Shown here: piece after piece, positions 21,980 through 35,396 of the stretch
Layout of the letters: every line of letters begins with the position of its first letter
How positions within the stretch are numbered: position 1 is the first letter of the stretch
From: Candidatus Latescibacterota bacterium
GTDB lineage: Bacteria; Latescibacterota; UBA2968
Reading direction: 5' to 3'
DNA: 64,000 nt
Assembly (NCBI GenBank): GCA_965204745.1
Contig: OZ242010.1
Coordinates: forward strand, 1,632,001 to 1,696,000
Notes under the pieces: model-generated
What the model was told of the DNA's origin: nothing
The model's database searches: none
The model's input: the letters and a program-made list of their open reading frames with translations, nothing else
Program-made: the position numbers and the translations under genes

Positions 21980-22722
21980 CCTACCGTTGCCAACTCGCCC
22001 GAGGCCAACGAGGCGCGCGAGAAGCCGCACAACGCGGCGATGTCCTCGTCATAGTTGACACCCTCAGCTTCTCCACGGCTGCCATTACCGCCATCCACAA
22101 CGGCGGCGTTGTCTTTCCCCGTGCCAAAGGCGAAGACGCCGCAACCTACGCGCAGCGCGTCAATGCCGAGTGCGCCGTGGGCCGCGGCGATGTCCCCGCA
22201 AAAGGCCGGTTCTCGCTTTCCCCGCTCACCTATCTCGACATAGAACCCCAAACGCGCATCGTGCTCGCCTCGCCCAATGGCGCGACCTGCATTCGGTATG
22301 CCCCTCGCGTTCCCATCCTGCTCGTGGGCGCGTTGCTCAATGCCCGATCCGTTGCCCGCGCGCTTTCCCACATCTCGCAGACGACCGATTATGCCATCAC
22401 CATTTTGTCCTGCGGCGAACGCTATGTCGATCCCGATGCCGACGGGCCCCTGCGCTGGGCCTTGGAAGACGACCTCGGCGCAGGCGCGATCCTGTCCTAT
22501 CTCTCCTGCGAAAAATCGCCCGAAGCCCGCGCATGCGAAGGCGCGTTCATCCACCTGCGCGATGACTTAGCCACCGCGTTGACCCATTGCCCCAGCGGCC
22601 GAGAGCTCTGCGCCAGGGGCTTTGCCGCCGATGTTGCCCACGCAGCACAACTCAACTATTGCAACGCGGTACCCACAATGCGCGGCGAGCAGCTCGAAAA
22701 TCAGTGGGCACTCCACCGCTGA
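21976..22722 (+). CDS. 2-phosphosulfolactate phosphatase (ComB family)
   Basis: VIVDTLSFSTA, FSLSP, LASPNG, GALLNA, ALEDDLGAG; ATGA coupling. Confidence 0.85.
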   Translation: MTYRCQLARGQRGAREAAQRGDVLVIVDTLSFSTAAITAIHNGGVVFPRAKGEDAATYAQRVNAECAVGRGDVPAKGRFSLSPLTYLDIEPQTRIVLASPNGATCIRYAPRVPILLVGALLNARSVARALSHISQTTDYAITILSCGERYVDPDADGPLRWALEDDLGAGAILSYLSCEKSPEARACEGAFIHLRDDLATALTHCPSGRELCARGFAADVAHAAQLNYCNAVPTMRGEQLENQWALHR

Positions 22723-22840
22723 CCTGGCGGGTACAAGGGCTGCTTCTCAAGCCCGTTCAATCGTACAGCAAAAAAAACCGGGTGCATCGCAAAGACGCAT
22801 CCGGTTTTTGAGTTATTTGCCGCCGCCACTATCGGCTCTG

Positions 22841-23425
22841 TCACCAAATTTCATCCAGATCGAGTTCAAACCCCCGCAAGATGGGATCGCCAAAAAGACG
22901 CGAGGGCTTTTCCAATTCTTCGACGGGCAATCCGGGCCGATACACAGAAACGCGCTGGGTATCCGGATCGATCAACCAGCCCAGACTCAGGCCATTGTCG
23001 AGATACTCCCGCATCTTCGCCTTCAAGGGGGACAAGGGATCGCTTGCCGAGCGCAATTCGATGGCAAAATCCGGACACAGCGGAATAAACTTGCGCCGCT
23101 CTGATGCGGACAATGCGTTGAGCCGCGTATATTCAATCCACGCCGCATCTGGAGAACGCACCGCGCCATTGGGCAATCGAAACCCGCCCGACGAATCAAA
23201 ACTCGCGCCTGTGCCATCGCCTTTTGCCCAAAGCCGCAACTGCATCGTGATCTCTGCATTGCGCTCGCTCGTCTCTCCGCCCGCTGGTGGCATCACAATC
23301 ATATCCCCCCGAGCATCGCGCTCGATGAAAAGGTCGCGGTTGAGTTGGCAAAACGCATAAAATTTCTCATCGCTCAACTCGAGCACGGGCTGAAAATGCA
23401 AGACGGTTTCCATCGTCCTATCCAT
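22841..23425 (-). CDS. Uma2 (DUF820) family putative endonuclease
   Basis: [47 protein letters not shown]. Confidence 0.9.
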   Translation of the reverse strand: MDRTMETVLHFQPVLELSDEKFYAFCQLNRDLFIERDARGDMIVMPPAGGETSERNAEITMQLRLWAKGDGTGASFDSSGGFRLPNGAVRSPDAAWIEYTRLNALSASERRKFIPLCPDFAIELRSASDPLSPLKAKMREYLDNGLSLGWLIDPDTQRVSVYRPGLPVEELEKPSRLFGDPILRGFELDLDEIW

Positions 23426-26096
23426 CCTTCAAAAAATTCCGCAGCACGGTGTGCAGAATGCCGCCATTGCGGTAGTAGTCGATCTCCACGGGGGTATCGA
23501 TCCGCACAGTCGCGGAGAATGATCGGACCTGACCCCTATCATCTGTCGCGGTCACCGTCACATCTTGCAAGGGTTGCAAATCATCGCCCAAGCCGGCAAT
23601 ACCGTACACCTCGCGCCCGGTCAGTCCCAACGAATCGGCGTTCTCGCCATCCTTAAACTGCAAGGGCAATACCCCCATCCCCACCAAATTGCTGCGGTGA
23701 ATGCGTTCAAAACTCTCCACGAGCACCGCGCGCACCCCTTGAAGTGCCGGGCCTTTGGCGGCCCAATCGCGCGACGACCCCGCGCCGTATTCCGCGCCTG
23801 CGATCACGATAGACGGCACGCCTTCCTCCACGTACCGCATCGCCGCGTCAAAAATGCTCATCTGATCGCCCGAAGGCAGGTGAACAGTCACCCCGCCCTC
23901 TGTGCCGGGCGCGAGCAAATTGCGGATGCGAATATTGGCAAAGGTGCCCCGCATCATCACCTCGTGATTCCCCCGCCGCGACCCGTAGGAATTGAAATCC
24001 TTCGGCTCGACGCCTTTTGAAATCAAATACCGCCCGGCTGGGCTATCCACCGCGATTGAACCCGCGGGCGAAATGTGATCCGTCGTCACCGAATCGCCCA
24101 ATTTTGCCAGCACGCGCGCGCCCCTGATATCGGCAATCTCGTCCAACTCGGGCGACAGGTCCATAAAAAACGGGGGTTCTTGTACATAAGTGCTCTCGGC
24201 CTGCCATGCGTAGAGATCCCCTGCTTGCCCGGCCACCGCATTCCACATCTCATTGCCATCGAACACATTGCCATAGCGCGTTTCAAACATCTCGGGTTTG
24301 AGTGCCCGCGCAATCGTCTTGGCAATCTCGTCTTGGCTCGGCCAGATATCGCGCAAAAAAACCGCCTCGCCATCGGCATCGCGCCCGAGTGGCTGCGCGG
24401 TCAAATCCACATCCACGCGCCCGGCCAGTGCGTAGGCCACGACCAGCGGCGGCGACGCCAAATAATTCGCCTTGACATGCGGATGCACGCGCCCCTCAAA
24501 ATTGCGGTTGCCACTCAACACGGACGCCGCAACGAGATCGCCTCCCTCTATCGCAGTCACCACGGGGGCGGGCAGCGGGCCGCTGTTGCCAATACACGTC
24601 GTACAGCCATACCCCACCGTGTGAAAACCCAAGCGTTCCAAATAGGGCGTCAACCCCGCCCGATCCAGATAATCCGACACCACGCGCGATCCGGGCGCGA
24701 GACTCGTCTTGACGTGGGCGCGCACGCTCAGCCCGCGGTCGACGGCTTTCTTCGCCAGCAACCCCGCCGCCACCATCACGGAGGGGTTGCTCGTATTCGT
24801 GCAACTCGTAATCGCCGCGATCACCACCGCGCCGTGCCCGATCTCGGCATTTTTCACCGCGATCTTTTGCTCGTCCAAGCCATACCCGCTGTTGCCCACG
24901 GGCGCGCGCAACGCCTCTTCAAACGCCTCTTTCATCTGCCCGAGCGCGATGCGGTCCTGCGGCCGTTTTGGCCCGGCCAAACTCGGCTCCACCGTGCCCA
25001 AATCCAGCGCGAGCACGTCTGTGAACCGCGGCTCTGGCGTGTCGTCTGTGCGAAACAACCCCTGTTCCTTGGCGTACCGCTCCACCACATCCACCGCTTT
25101 TGCCGGGCGCCCGGTGCGCCGCAAGTAGCGCAAGGTCTCGTCATCCACCGGGAAAAACCCCATTGTCGCGCCGTACTCGGGCGCCATATTCGCAATCGTC
25201 GCGCGGTCCGCCAGCCCAATACCCGTCAAGCCCGTGCCGTAAAACTCCACGAACTTGCCCACCACGCCCTTCTCGCGTAGCATCTGCACCACCGTCAACG
25301 TCAAATCCGTCGCGGTCGTTCCTTCCGGCAACTGCCCGTCCAACTTGAACCCGACCACCTCGGGCATCAGCATGTAAATCGGTTGCCCGAGCATCACGGC
25401 CTCGGCCTCGATCCCGCCCACGCCCCAACCGAGCACCCCCAGGCCATTGATCATCGTGGTGTGCGAATCCGTTCCCACCACGCTGTCCGGAAACGCCATG
25501 CCATCGCGGGCGATGACCCCCTTGCCCAGGTATTCGAGATTGACCTGATGCACGATGCCCGTCAGCGGGGGCACCACCCGGAACCGCTCGAACGCATTCG
25601 CGCCCCAGCGCAAAAACTCGTAGCGTTCCCGATTGCGCTCAAACTCGATCTCCGCATTCCGCCGCAGCGCGTCCGAATTGGCAAAACTATCGACCTGCAC
25701 CGAATGATCCACGACCAGATCCGCCGGAATCACAGGCTCGATCCGCGTGGGATCTCCACCCGCGCGCCCCAGCGCCGAACGCAGTGCCGCCAAATCCACC
25801 AGCGAGGGCACACCCGTAAAATCTTGCAACACCACGCGCGCGGGCTTAAACGGTATCTCGATGGCCTCCGGATCTGCGGCCCGCCAATTCGCCAACGCGC
25901 GCACATCTTCCTCGCGCACCTGATACCCGTCCAAATGGCGCAGCGCGGCCTCGAGCAATACGCGCACGGAAAACGGCAACCCCGACACGGGCCCAACGCC
26001 ATCGCCTTCCAGCCTGTCCAACCGAAAAATTGCGAGATCGCCCGCCTGTGTCGGCAGCGTATCGCGCGTATTCAAAGGATTATGGGGTTCAGTCAT
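23418..26096 (-). CDS. acnA: Aconitate hydratase A
   Basis: [61 protein letters not shown]. Confidence 0.97.
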   Translation of the reverse strand: MTEPHNPLNTRDTLPTQAGDLAIFRLDRLEGDGVGPVSGLPFSVRVLLEAALRHLDGYQVREEDVRALANWRAADPEAIEIPFKPARVVLQDFTGVPSLVDLAALRSALGRAGGDPTRIEPVIPADLVVDHSVQVDSFANSDALRRNAEIEFERNRERYEFLRWGANAFERFRVVPPLTGIVHQVNLEYLGKGVIARDGMAFPDSVVGTDSHTTMINGLGVLGWGVGGIEAEAVMLGQPIYMLMPEVVGFKLDGQLPEGTTATDLTLTVVQMLREKGVVGKFVEFYGTGLTGIGLADRATIANMAPEYGATMGFFPVDDETLRYLRRTGRPAKAVDVVERYAKEQGLFRTDDTPEPRFTDVLALDLGTVEPSLAGPKRPQDRIALGQMKEAFEEALRAPVGNSGYGLDEQKIAVKNAEIGHGAVVIAAITSCTNTSNPSVMVAAGLLAKKAVDRGLSVRAHVKTSLAPGSRVVSDYLDRAGLTPYLERLGFHTVGYGCTTCIGNSGPLPAPVVTAIEGGDLVAASVLSGNRNFEGRVHPHVKANYLASPPLVVAYALAGRVDVDLTAQPLGRDADGEAVFLRDIWPSQDEIAKTIARALKPEMFETRYGNVFDGNEMWNAVAGQAGDLYAWQAESTYVQEPPFFMDLSPELDEIADIRGARVLAKLGDSVTTDHISPAGSIAVDSPAGRYLISKGVEPKDFNSYGSRRGNHEVMMRGTFANIRIRNLLAPGTEGGVTVHLPSGDQMSIFDAAMRYVEEGVPSIVIAGAEYGAGSSRDWAAKGPALQGVRAVLVESFERIHRSNLVGMGVLPLQFKDGENADSLGLTGREVYGIAGLGDDLQPLQDVTVTATDDRGQVRSFSATVRIDTPVEIDYYRNGGILHTVLRNFLKDG

Positions 26097-26382
26097 AAAT
26101 CGGTTCCTTTCCGATGATTTGTTTCCACGGATTTCAAAAAAATACAGCCTCACCGCGTAACGTCAACCAAAAAGAAATACCAAATTCACCTCTGTTTAAT
26201 GATGCGGAAATAATTTGACCCTAATTTTGTGCCCGTCATAAACCCGCGTATCGCCGTTCGGAACAACGGATTGGGGAACCGTTCGTTTCGCCGCAACTGA
26301 AAGGAGGCGCTCGATTGACCATCCCCACAGAAGTGAGTTTGCGATATTGTCCAACACAGCACCGATCTGGAGGAACACACGC

Positions 26383-27648
26383 ATGAAAAAATCGTCATTT
26401 GTCATTGTTGCCCTGTTGCTCGCGATGGGGCTTTCCGTCCGCGCAGACGATCACGCAACCGTCAAACTCGGCGTCCTGCACTCCCTCAGCGGAACCATGG
26501 CCATCTCCGAGGTCTCCTTGCGCGATGTCGTGCTCATGGCCGTTGAAGAAATCAATGCCAGCGGCGGCGTGCTCGGCAAGCAAATCGATCCCGTCGTCGT
26601 GGATCCGGCATCCGACTGGGACTTGTTCGCCGAAAAATCCAAAGAACTCCTGCGGGAAAAGGAGGTCGCCGTCACCTTTGGGTGCTGGACTTCTGTCTCG
26701 CGCAAATCCGTTTTGCCGGTCTTTGAAGAAAGCAATGGCCTGCTCTTTTACCCGGTTCAGTACGAAGGCGAAGAATGCTCGCGCAACATCATCTACACCG
26801 GCGCCACGCCCAATCAGCAACTCATTCCCGCCGCTGACTATCTGATGAGCGAAGAAGGGGGTGGGTACGAGAAATTTTACCTGCTCGGCACGGATTACGT
26901 CTTCCCGCGCACCGCAAACAAAATTCTCCGCGCTTTCCTGCTGCACAAAGGCGTGCCAGAGGAAAACATCATCGAGGAATACACGCCCTTTCACCATCAG
27001 GACTACCAGACCATCGTGCAAAAAATCAAACGCTTTGCCGCCGATGGCGACGCGGCGGTCCTCTCCACCATCAACGGCGACTCCAACGTGCCGTTCTACA
27101 AGGAATTTGCCAACCAAGGACTCACCTCGGCCATGTGCCCCATCATGGCATTTTCCGTCGCCGAAGACGAATTGCGCTCCATGGACACGGAATTTCTCGT
27201 GGGCCACCTCGCCGCGTGGAACTACTTCCAATCCATCCCCACCGCAGAAAACCGCGCCTTTGTCAAAAAGTTCAAAGACTACTGCGCGGCAAAAGGGTTG
27301 CCCGGCGGGGCCAGGCGCGTGACCGACGACCCCATCGTGTGGTCTTACGTGGGGGTTTATCTGTGGAAAGCCGCAGTGGAAAAGGCCGGCTCCTTTGCCG
27401 TTGATGCCGTGCGCCCCGCGCTCTACAGCCTCGGATTCGACGGGCCGGGCGGCACCGTCATGATAGACGCAAAAAACCACCACCTGCACAAACCCGTGCT
27501 GATCGGCGAAATCCGCAAAAACGGCCAATTCAAAATCGTCTATGAAACAGATGGCCTCGTCGCCCCGGACCCGTGGGACGACATCACGAGTGCGGACAAA
27601 GACTGCGATCACGTCAACCACATGGGAACCTACACCCTCAAACCGTAA
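26383..27648 (+). CDS. urtA: Urea ABC transporter substrate-binding protein
   Basis: LHSLSGTMAISE, FGCWTSVSRKSVLPVFE, FYPVQYEGEE, GTDYVFPRTAN. Confidence 0.95.
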   Translation: MKKSSFVIVALLLAMGLSVRADDHATVKLGVLHSLSGTMAISEVSLRDVVLMAVEEINASGGVLGKQIDPVVVDPASDWDLFAEKSKELLREKEVAVTFGCWTSVSRKSVLPVFEESNGLLFYPVQYEGEECSRNIIYTGATPNQQLIPAADYLMSEEGGGYEKFYLLGTDYVFPRTANKILRAFLLHKGVPEENIIEEYTPFHHQDYQTIVQKIKRFAADGDAAVLSTINGDSNVPFYKEFANQGLTSAMCPIMAFSVAEDELRSMDTEFLVGHLAAWNYFQSIPTAENRAFVKKFKDYCAAKGLPGGARRVTDDPIVWSYVGVYLWKAAVEKAGSFAVDAVRPALYSLGFDGPGGTVMIDAKNHHLHKPVLIGEIRKNGQFKIVYETDGLVAPDPWDDITSADKDCDHVNHMGTYTLKP

Positions 27649-27699
27649 AGACTCGGCCGGGCAACGCGCTCGCCCGGCCCCATTCAACAGGAGAAAACC

Positions 27700-28629
27700 A
27701 TGAAAAAACTGCTGCTGATTTTCGCGCTCACGGCATTTCTCGCCACCCCGTCAGTTGCACAAATCAAAATTACCGACAACCTCACAGTGACGGGTTTTTT
27801 CGACATGTCGTCGACCTACGACACGGGGTCTAAAGACAATACCCTGTCCTTCGATCAATTCGAAGTCGATTTTCTCTACGATTACGGCCATGGCATCACG
27901 GCCCGAGCCGACATCAACAGCCTCAGCGGCGGCTCTGTCGATCTCGAGCAGGCGTTTGTCACGTACAAAGCACCCAATGGCTTCAGCATCACGGGCGGCA
28001 AATTTCTGAGTTGCTCGGGTTGGGAAACCGCAGAACCCACGGGGCTATATCAGTACTCCTACTCTGCAACCCTCGTCTATGGCGGGTATCAAAACGGCGC
28101 TGCCGCGAGTTTTGGCAATGGCAAAATCGGCTTTTTTGGATCGGTGGTCTCCAGCGTCTGGGATGGCAACGACACCAGCTTTGACGACTTGGGTTTTGAA
28201 ACGCAAATCATTTTGACCCCCTCTGAAGCCATCACCGCCAAAGTCGCCTACCTCTGGGAAGACATGGTCGTCGAAGACGAGGACACGGGCGCGACGACCG
28301 CTTTTAACCAGTCCCTCATCAATGCTTGGGCCATGTATGCCACGGGCCCTGTCACCCTGGCCGCCGAATACAATTATCTGACGAACTGGGGCGCCAAAGA
28401 CAACGACGGCCATGGCTATATTTTGATGGGCAACCTGGCCGTATCTGACAAAATCGCCGCCACGGTGCGTTACAGCGGCATAGACACGGACGACGAGGAC
28501 AAGTTCACGGAAATCACCTTCAGCCCCAGCTACAGCATCACCGACAACTGGGGTATTCTGGCCGAACTGCGCCGCAATATCGACGAAAAAGTGACCGAGG
28601 TTGCTTTTGAATCCATATTCTCGTTCTAA
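27700..28629 (+). CDS. Outer-membrane beta-barrel porin within urt operon
   Basis: Signal peptide, LEQAFVTY...ITGGKFLS..GWE motif, amphipathic strands, terminal Phe. Confidence 0.75.
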   Translation: MKKLLLIFALTAFLATPSVAQIKITDNLTVTGFFDMSSTYDTGSKDNTLSFDQFEVDFLYDYGHGITARADINSLSGGSVDLEQAFVTYKAPNGFSITGGKFLSCSGWETAEPTGLYQYSYSATLVYGGYQNGAAASFGNGKIGFFGSVVSSVWDGNDTSFDDLGFETQIILTPSEAITAKVAYLWEDMVVEDEDTGATTAFNQSLINAWAMYATGPVTLAAEYNYLTNWGAKDNDGHGYILMGNLAVSDKIAATVRYSGIDTDDEDKFTEITFSPSYSITDNWGILAELRRNIDEKVTEVAFESIFSF

Positions 28630-28697
28630 ACCTCGTCCCAATCGGGACCTACCCCCTTCCGCGCTCGCAGGAGGGGGCAGGTCCCACCTCAAAACGC

Positions 28698-30383
28698 ATG
28701 AAAACAAAACGCCACAAATTTTTGCGCGCGGTCTGCATCATCGCTGTCGCCCTCATCTCGGGCATGCAGTCCATCCAGGCGCAATCGGATCACCACCTGC
28801 AACTCGGGCGCATCGCCAGCAACGACCGCGACAGCATCACAACCGCCGTCAAAGCCATTGCCGAACGGGACAACGCGAATTATTACGCCCTGATGATCGC
28901 GCTCTTCAACGGCGAACTCTATCTGAAAAATGGCGCACTCGTCATCGTGGGCGACTTGCGAGAAGACGATTACGGCGACAGCTTCGCCCCGCTCTACACC
29001 GCATATCCCCAACGCCAGCCCATTCCAACCGCCGATGGCAACCCCCTCATCGCCCCCCTGATCGACCTCGAAGAAATCGACAGCAACCGCCGCATCCGCG
29101 CCCTCATCCAACCCTATCTCACCCGCATGGAAATTTTTCATCCGGACCCCGTCAAGCGGCGCATTGCAGCCGAAACCCTCGGCAATCGCGGCGGCCCCAG
29201 CGCGATCCCCACCTTGCGCGCTGCCCTCGAAAAAGAGGCCGACAGCAGCATTCAAAACCTCATCCGCGTCGCCTTGGGCAAACGCGAACTCACCAGCGAA
29301 AACCCCGACATTCGCCTCAACGCGGCGAAAACCCTAAGAGAACTCGACAACACATTCGTCCTGTCCTTTCTCCGCGGGCGCGTCGAACCCGACGCCAATG
29401 GCGCCATCGCCGAACCCCATCCCGAGGTCCAAGGCGAAATTCGCAAAACCATCCAGTGGCTCGAAACCCTCGAGCAAATCCTGGTCGTCATCCAAACCAC
29501 CTTTGTCGGCATCAGCCTGGGGTCCATCCTCATCCTGATCGGCCTGGGGTTGGCGGTCATCTACGGGCAGATCGGCATCATCAACATGGCGCACGGCGAA
29601 TTTATGATGGTCGGGGCGTATTTCACATTCATCGTCCAAAATATATGCCTCATCGTCCTCCCCCCTGCGTACATCGACTTGTTCTTTCTCCTGTCCCTCC
29701 CCATTGCCTTTCTCGCCGCAGGCAGCATGGGCTTGCTCGTCGAAACCGCGGTCATTCGCCACCTCTACAACCGCCCCCTCGAAAGCCTGCTCGCCACATG
29801 GGGCATCAGCCTCATCCTCATCCAACTCGCCCGCACGATATTCGGCGACCTCACCGCCGTCAAACTGCCCCAAATACTCAGCGGCGGCTTTGAAGTGGCC
29901 CCCCAAGTCATCCTGCCCTACAACCGCCTCTTCATCATCGGATTCACCTGCCTCATCCTCATCGCCCTGATCGCCTTATTTTTCAAAACGCGCTTTGGCC
30001 TCCGCCTGCGCGCCGTCACGCAAAACCGCGAGATGAGCGCGTGCATGGGCATTCCCACCCGCCGCGTGGACGCTATCGCTTTCTTCGTCGGCACGGGCAT
30101 CGCCGGCGTCGCCGGATGGGCCATGACCCTGATTGGCAATGTCGTACCCAACATGGGACAGACTTATATCGTGGATGCGTTTTTGGTCGTCGTCGTAGGC
30201 GGCGTGGGCAAAATTTTAGGCGCTGTTGTCGCCGGACTCGGCATTGGCATTTCCAACAAAATCATCGAACCCTTTGCCGAAGCCGTCTATGCCAAAGTGC
30301 TCATCTTGGGCCTCATCATCCTCTTCTTGCAACTGCGCCCCACCGGCATCTTTCCCGCAAAAGGCAGACGCGAAGATGAGTAA
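28698..30383 (+). CDS. urtB: Urea ABC transporter permease with N-terminal periplasmic HEAT-like domain
   Basis: GIINMAHGEFMMVGAY, RPLESLLATWGISL, YIVDAFLVVVVGGVG. Confidence 0.92.
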   Translation: MKTKRHKFLRAVCIIAVALISGMQSIQAQSDHHLQLGRIASNDRDSITTAVKAIAERDNANYYALMIALFNGELYLKNGALVIVGDLREDDYGDSFAPLYTAYPQRQPIPTADGNPLIAPLIDLEEIDSNRRIRALIQPYLTRMEIFHPDPVKRRIAAETLGNRGGPSAIPTLRAALEKEADSSIQNLIRVALGKRELTSENPDIRLNAAKTLRELDNTFVLSFLRGRVEPDANGAIAEPHPEVQGEIRKTIQWLETLEQILVVIQTTFVGISLGSILILIGLGLAVIYGQIGIINMAHGEFMMVGAYFTFIVQNICLIVLPPAYIDLFFLLSLPIAFLAAGSMGLLVETAVIRHLYNRPLESLLATWGISLILIQLARTIFGDLTAVKLPQILSGGFEVAPQVILPYNRLFIIGFTCLILIALIALFFKTRFGLRLRAVTQNREMSACMGIPTRRVDAIAFFVGTGIAGVAGWAMTLIGNVVPNMGQTYIVDAFLVVVVGGVGKILGAVVAGLGIGISNKIIEPFAEAVYAKVLILGLIILFLQLRPTGIFPAKGRREDE

Positions 30384-31458
30384 AAACACCGCCATGACCT
30401 ACGCTTGGCCCATCGCCATCTTCCTCGTCTTTGGCATTGCCGCGCCCGTGCTCAATGCGATGGGCCTCATCTCCGACACGACCCTAAACCTCTGGGGCCG
30501 TTACTTCTGCTTTGCCATCGCCGCCCTCGGCATCGACCTCATCTGGGGATACACCGGCATCCTCTCGCTCTGCCAAGCCTTCTTCTTTTGCTTGGGCGGG
30601 TACGCCATCGGCATGTACATGCTCCTCAAAACCGGCACCCAAGGCGTCTATGGCAGCGCGTTGCCCGACTTCATGGTCTGGAATCGCGTAGAACAACTGC
30701 CCCTGTTTTGGGAGCCGTTTCACACCTTCACCTTCGCCTTCATCCTCGGCCTGCTCGTCCCGGCCCTGATCGCCCTCATCTTTGGGTACCTCGCGTTTCG
30801 CAGCCGCCTCAAAGGCGTCTATTTTGCCATCATCACGCAAGCCCTCGCCCTGGGCATCTATCTCATCTTTTTGCGAAATGAAACCATGCTCGGCGGCACC
30901 AATGGGCTCACGGATTTCAAAACCCTGCTCGGCTTTGAACTCGCCGATCCAGCCACCAAACGCGGCCTCTACACCATCGCCTTTGCCGCGCTGTTCGCGT
31001 CCTATTTTTTGTGCCGCGCCATCGTCAACGCCAAACTCGGGCGCGTGCTCATCGCCATTCGAGACGGCGAACACCGCCTGCGCTTCATCGGCTACCGCAT
31101 CGCCAGTTACAAAGTCTTCGTCTTTGTGCTCGCCAGCGTGCTCTGCGCGTTTGGGGGCATGCTCTACGTGCCGCAAACCGGCATCATCACCCCCGGGCGC
31201 ATGGATGTGCAAGCGTCTATCGAAATGGTGATCTGGGTCGCCATTGGCGGGCGCGGCACCTTGATCGGCCCCATCATCGGCGCCGTGCTCGTCAACCTGC
31301 TCTACAGCTTTTTGACCGGCGCGTTCCCCGGCACTTGGCTCTACTTTTTGGGCTTTCTCTTCATCGGCGGCGTGCTCTTTTTTCCCGACGGCCTCATCGG
31401 CCTGCGATCCAAAATCGACTCGATCCGTCCCAACCGCCGAAAGCGAAAATCGCCATGA
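30376..31458 (+). CDS. urtC: Urea ABC transporter permease
   Basis: DLIWGYTGILSL, LPDFM.WN, KGVYFAIITQAL, GGTNGLTDFK. Confidence 0.92.
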   Translation: MSKNTAMTYAWPIAIFLVFGIAAPVLNAMGLISDTTLNLWGRYFCFAIAALGIDLIWGYTGILSLCQAFFFCLGGYAIGMYMLLKTGTQGVYGSALPDFMVWNRVEQLPLFWEPFHTFTFAFILGLLVPALIALIFGYLAFRSRLKGVYFAIITQALALGIYLIFLRNETMLGGTNGLTDFKTLLGFELADPATKRGLYTIAFAALFASYFLCRAIVNAKLGRVLIAIRDGEHRLRFIGYRIASYKVFVFVLASVLCAFGGMLYVPQTGIITPGRMDVQASIEMVIWVAIGGRGTLIGPIIGAVLVNLLYSFLTGAFPGTWLYFLGFLFIGGVLFFPDGLIGLRSKIDSIRPNRRKRKSP

Positions 31459-32213
31459 CATTCGACCCCATCCTCCTCACCGTGCAAAACCTCCGCGTCT
31501 CCTTCGACGGGTTTGTCGCGCTCGACATCCGCGAATTCGTCTTGCACGACCGGGAATTGCGCGTGGTCATCGGCCCCAATGGCGCGGGCAAAACCACCTT
31601 TCTCGACGTGCTGTGTGGCAAAACCAAGCCCGACCGAGGCAGTGCGCGATTCGACAAATTCGACCTCACCCACATGAGCGAAGATGCCATCGTCAAAGCC
31701 GGGGTCGGGCGCAAATTTCAAACCCCCTCTGTCTTCACCTCCCTCAGCGTGTACGAAAATTTGATGCTCGCGCTCAAAACCGACCGCAACGTCCTCTTTT
31801 CGCTTTTCTCGCGCCTCTCCGACAAAAACCGCGACCGCATCCGCGCAGTCGCAGAACAAACCGGTTTGACCGACCACCTGCACGCCCCGGCGGCCTCCCT
31901 CTCGCACGGGCAAAAACAGTGGCTCGAAATTGCAATGGTCATTTTGCAAGACCCCGAACTCTTCCTCATCGACGAACCCGCCGCGGGCATGACAGACGAA
32001 GAAACCGCCAAAACCGGCGAAATCCTCCAACGCCTGACCATGAACCACGCCATCATCGTCATCGAACACAACATGGAATTTGTCCGACAAATCGCCCGCA
32101 CGGTCACCGTGCTTCACGAAGGCAAAGTGCTCGTCGAAGGGCCGATGGAACAAGTGCAAAACGACCCCCGCGTCATCGAATGCTATTTGGGCAAACACCC
32201 CGAAACCGCTTGA
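31455..32213 (+). CDS. urtD: Urea ABC transporter ATP-binding protein
   Basis: GPNGAGKTT, GRKFQTP, LSHGQKQWLEI, DEPAAGMT. Confidence 0.93.
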   Translation: MTFDPILLTVQNLRVSFDGFVALDIREFVLHDRELRVVIGPNGAGKTTFLDVLCGKTKPDRGSARFDKFDLTHMSEDAIVKAGVGRKFQTPSVFTSLSVYENLMLALKTDRNVLFSLFSRLSDKNRDRIRAVAEQTGLTDHLHAPAASLSHGQKQWLEIAMVILQDPELFLIDEPAAGMTDEETAKTGEILQRLTMNHAIIVIEHNMEFVRQIARTVTVLHEGKVLVEGPMEQVQNDPRVIECYLGKHPETA

Positions 32214-32219
32214 GGCCCC

Positions 32220-32930
32220 ATGAACACCCCCGCGCTCGCAGTGCGAGACCTCCACGTTTATTACGGCGAAAGCCGCATCTTGCAGGGCATCGACATGCAC
32301 ATCGCCACCGGTTGCATCGCCGCCATCATGGGGCGCAATGGCGTCGGCAAAACCACGCTCATCAAAACCATTGTGGGCTTGCTCCAACCGCGCCGAGGTC
32401 ATATCTTCATCAAGGGCGAACGCGCCACGGCTTGGACGCCGGACGTGCGCGCTCGTGCGGCCGTGGGGTACGTACCCCAAGGGCGCGAAATTTTTCCCAA
32501 ACTCACGGTCCTCGAAAATTTGCAAATCGGCTTAGAGGCACGCACCGATGGCCTCGCAACGATCCCCGAAAACCCCATCTACGACCTCTTTCCGGCATTG
32601 GCCGACATGAAACGGCAGCTGGGCGGCAACCTCAGCGGTGGGCAACAACAGCAACTCGCCATTGCTCGCGCCCTCGTCGGAGATCCGGATATCCTCATCC
32701 TCGACGAACCCACCGAAGGCATCCAGCCCTCGATCATTCTCGACATCGAAAACGCATTGCGCCGCCTCAAAGCCCGCGCCGACCTCACCATCATCTTGGT
32801 CGAACACCGCTTTGACTTTGCCCGACAAATCGCCGATTATTTTTATATTATGGACCGCGGCAGCATCGCATTGCACGGCCCATCGCACGCCCTCTCGGAC
32901 GAAACCATCCAACAGCACCTCACGTTTTAA
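32220..32930 (+). CDS. urtE: Urea ABC transporter ATP-binding protein
   Basis: [44 protein letters not shown]. Confidence 0.93.
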   Translation: MNTPALAVRDLHVYYGESRILQGIDMHIATGCIAAIMGRNGVGKTTLIKTIVGLLQPRRGHIFIKGERATAWTPDVRARAAVGYVPQGREIFPKLTVLENLQIGLEARTDGLATIPENPIYDLFPALADMKRQLGGNLSGGQQQQLAIARALVGDPDILILDEPTEGIQPSIILDIENALRRLKARADLTIILVEHRFDFARQIADYFYIMDRGSIALHGPSHALSDETIQQHLTF

Positions 32931-32940
32931 GGAATGTCCC

Positions 32941-33675
32941 ATGCACCTATCGCCCAAAGAAATCGACAAACTCATCCTCCACAACGCGGGATTCCTCGCC
33001 CAAAAACGCTATGCCCGCGGCTTGCGGCTCAACTACCCGGAAGCGGTCGCGCTCATCGCGGCCCAACTCCTCGAATTTATCCGAGACGGAAACGCCGTGG
33101 CCGCGCTCATGGACAAAGGCAAGCAACTGCTCGGCACAAACGACGTCTTGCCCGGCGTCCCCGCGATGGTCGGCGAAGTGCAAGTGGAAGGCACCTTTCC
33201 CGACGGCACCAAACTCGTCACGGTTCACCACCCCATCTGCCGCGCAGAAGGCGACCCCGACCTCGCCCTGTACGGTTCGGGCCTCGCGCGCACCCAGTCG
33301 CCCTGGTCCCCGGACAACACCATCTCCGCAACGCCGGGCGCGACCACCCCTCTCGCCGAACCCATCGCCCTCAACGCAGACCGGGAAACCATCACCCTCT
33401 CCGTCACCAACACGGGCGACCGCCCCGTACAGGTGGGATCGCACTACACATTTTTTGAAGTCAATCCCGCCCTCTCATTCGACCGGGAAAAAGCCTACGG
33501 CTTTCGCCTGAACATTCCCTCTGGCACGGCAGCGCGCTTTGAACCCGGGGAAACCAAAACCGTCTCCCTCGTCGCCATCGCGGGCCGCCGCACCGTCTAT
33601 GGCGGCAATGCCCTCATCTCGGGCCAACTCGACGAAAACAAAGCCGAGGCCCTCCAAAACGCACGCCATTTTTAA
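32941..33675 (+). CDS. ureAB: Urease gamma/beta fusion subunit
   Basis: Gamma block [10 protein letters not shown]...[20 protein letters not shown], then beta block [13 protein letters not shown]...RFEPGE. Confidence 0.95.
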   Translation: MHLSPKEIDKLILHNAGFLAQKRYARGLRLNYPEAVALIAAQLLEFIRDGNAVAALMDKGKQLLGTNDVLPGVPAMVGEVQVEGTFPDGTKLVTVHHPICRAEGDPDLALYGSGLARTQSPWSPDNTISATPGATTPLAEPIALNADRETITLSVTNTGDRPVQVGSHYTFFEVNPALSFDREKAYGFRLNIPSGTAARFEPGETKTVSLVAIAGRRTVYGGNALISGQLDENKAEALQNARHF

Positions 33676-33687
33676 GCGAGGCGACCC

Positions 33688-35391
<1,704 letters not shown>

Positions 35392-35396
35392 GCCCC

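Noticed and set aside
26250-26312. Nitrogen-responsive riboswitch upstream of urtA
   Set aside because: Alternative CCGTT/AACGG pairings exist, but I could not match glutamine, guanidine or ANTAR consensus elements; an Rfam scan would be needed.
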